This document shows, one piece after another, positions 62,332 through 64,000 of a stretch of 64,000 bases of DNA. A program made the translations under genes and the position numbers. Under the pieces are notes generated by a model. It saw nothing but the letters and a program-made list of their open reading frames with translations. It was not told the DNA's origin and ran no database searches. This DNA comes from Schizochytrium sp. TIO01 (Eukaryota; Protista; Bigyra: Labyrinthulomycetes), in assembly GCA_004764695.1 (NCBI GenBank), contig SMSO01000014.1, positions 367,648-431,647 of the forward strand, in the 5' to 3' direction. Each line of letters opens with the position of its first letter. Position 1 is the stretch's first letter.

Positions 62332-64000
62332 CTCAGGGCCGTCTAAGCCCTAGCTTGCCGCCAATTTGATTTGCTTTTGCCAATTTGATCGCAGTTTTTG
62401 TCCTGCTCTTTTGTTATCTATGATTTTGTTACTTATTTTTTACTAGGTCATAATCATTTACAATAGTTATTTGTTATACTAGTGAAATATCAATTTCTAT
62501 TGCACTTAGAAGTCAGTGGATGTATTAGCCTGTGCACATAAGCCATTGCCATTGCTTTGCTTCTCAACAGTTGCAGGGCAATTCCTTCGCTGCCACAAGA
62601 TCGCTTGACCAGACTGTCTCTCTCTTCGTCCTTCCATGTCCTTTTCAAGTCTCATTCTTTGCAACTCAAGTTCTTCCCCATATTGTGTGACATTGTCAAG
62701 AGTAGGTATACCTAACATATATGTGCATACTTTAGTGTGCTTGTTGGGGATTGAAACGCCGCCTTCATTCGGACACGTTTTTGCAAGAAGCTGCTAGAAG
62801 CTAGGGAAGAGGGTGCAGCTGAGCAAAATTTGACGTGGTAGTACTCTGTATTTTGTCTAGTCAAAGTGGTGTATAACCCTTTTGTTTGGTCTGGTAGGGG
62901 GTTATCAGACTACCTGGCAGATTCGTTCAATTTTGACTTTCCTTTCTTTTTGTTTCTTGACAGGTGTGAAAGAACGTTCTTACAGCATTGCCAAATCGAA
63001 ATGCCGCAGAGTAATTATTGTTGTGCTGTCCTCGTCATCGATTTAAGAAAAAGATTATGGATTGACTGCAAAGAATGAATGACTAGACACTGCGTATGCT
63101 TTTCCTATTGTCATCAGAACTTAAATGGCGTGGGACAAAAACGTAAAGGAAAAGCTGGGAGTGGGGATTTCGAACAACGACATATTGCCAAGTTCCGTTT
63201 GGCTGTCGGAGTGTCGAAGTGAACCTGGATATAAGATGCTTTGGTTAATTTGGTATCCAACGTTTATATTCAAAATGTAAACGCTGTTCAGATGTGGGGC
63301 CGGAAAAATATTGTAGTTTTTAAAACAATCGCAAACTTACTGATTAAACACGGATCGCAATAGTTGATGCAAATTACGCATACACACAGTCTCCCGTACG
63401 ATAGATATCTCAAAGAGATTCTATGAGATATCACTGTAAATGCCTGCCACCATGTCTTCGTTTCATGAAAGTATAAAGTAAGAAGCTAGTAGTACCACGC
63501 TTATATTTAATTGACTTTTTTAAAGGGTCTAACTTAACGATCCGTTAAACCAGATTCCTAAAATGAGGCAGCAGTACACACCCAGCTGTTGAAGAAAGAA
63601 GGAAAAAGATGCTGTTGAAGTTCCTGTTAGAACACCGGTGGAGCTCGCAATATTACGCTAGACATATATGTAAATAAAAAATTTAAAAAATAGAACTTGT
63701 GTAATAACTAGAGACTGTTGGAGGCTGTCATGTATTTGTGATTTTCTTCATCAACCAAGGAGTAGCAAAGCAAAGCAAGCTTGTTAGCAATTGTTAAGAC
63801 GACAAACGAGAGCTACGTTGGCGAGGCATGCAACGTGGTTAAATAGGTCGCCCTTCAAAACCTCACACGACTCGGCCTTGCCATCACCTCAAGGTAACCC
63901 AATTTCGTAATCTTTCTTGATAACAGAGATTTAATTTCTGCAAGGTTCTTAAAGTGGTGGAGCCTAGCATTGTGATGGCGGATCTCTCGGCTCCCCCCGG

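Noticed and set aside
62506-64000. Short ORFs 62506..62718 and 62866..63078 and the AT-rich window end
   Set aside because: No motifs or clear splice connection to the 908-aa gene; treated as intergenic.

Overview
Eukaryotic, gene-dense and almost intron-free nuclear DNA with microsatellite-rich, A-rich intergenic spacers. This style is consistent with a heterotrophic stramenopile such as a thraustochytrid/labyrinthulomycete (inference only). Recognisable host genes: a hemerythrin + CHY/CTCHY/RING E3 ligase (BRUTUS/HRZ-like), a 2172-aa coiled-coil protein, two divergent paralogous TPR proteins, MOCS3/UBA4, ATP11, a 2054-aa DENN protein, a large low-complexity protein whose membrane-anchor half lies in the +1 frame, mitochondrial ATP synthase subunit b, a 2017-aa glycine-rich/GCC2-GCC3 membrane protein, RNase H2 subunit C, a DnaJ-TMEM185-like membrane protein and an unknown 908-aa membrane protein. 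The most unusual part is 13-27 kb, where the two TPR paralogues flank about 9 kb of mobile-element remnants that the ORF track largely misses. These are (i) an intact 603-codon gag-like ORF followed, across one in-frame TGA, by a retroviral-type aspartic protease (IFDSGTTHSFL) with no RT/IN behind it; (ii) a probable DNA-transposase C-terminal fragment; (iii) a heavily decayed Copia RT-RNase H (YVDG, IIALSS..E, YTDCQSL); and (iv) an unidentified pseudogene. I found no rRNA, tRNA or CRISPR. All family assignments come from motif recognition by eye, not database searches.
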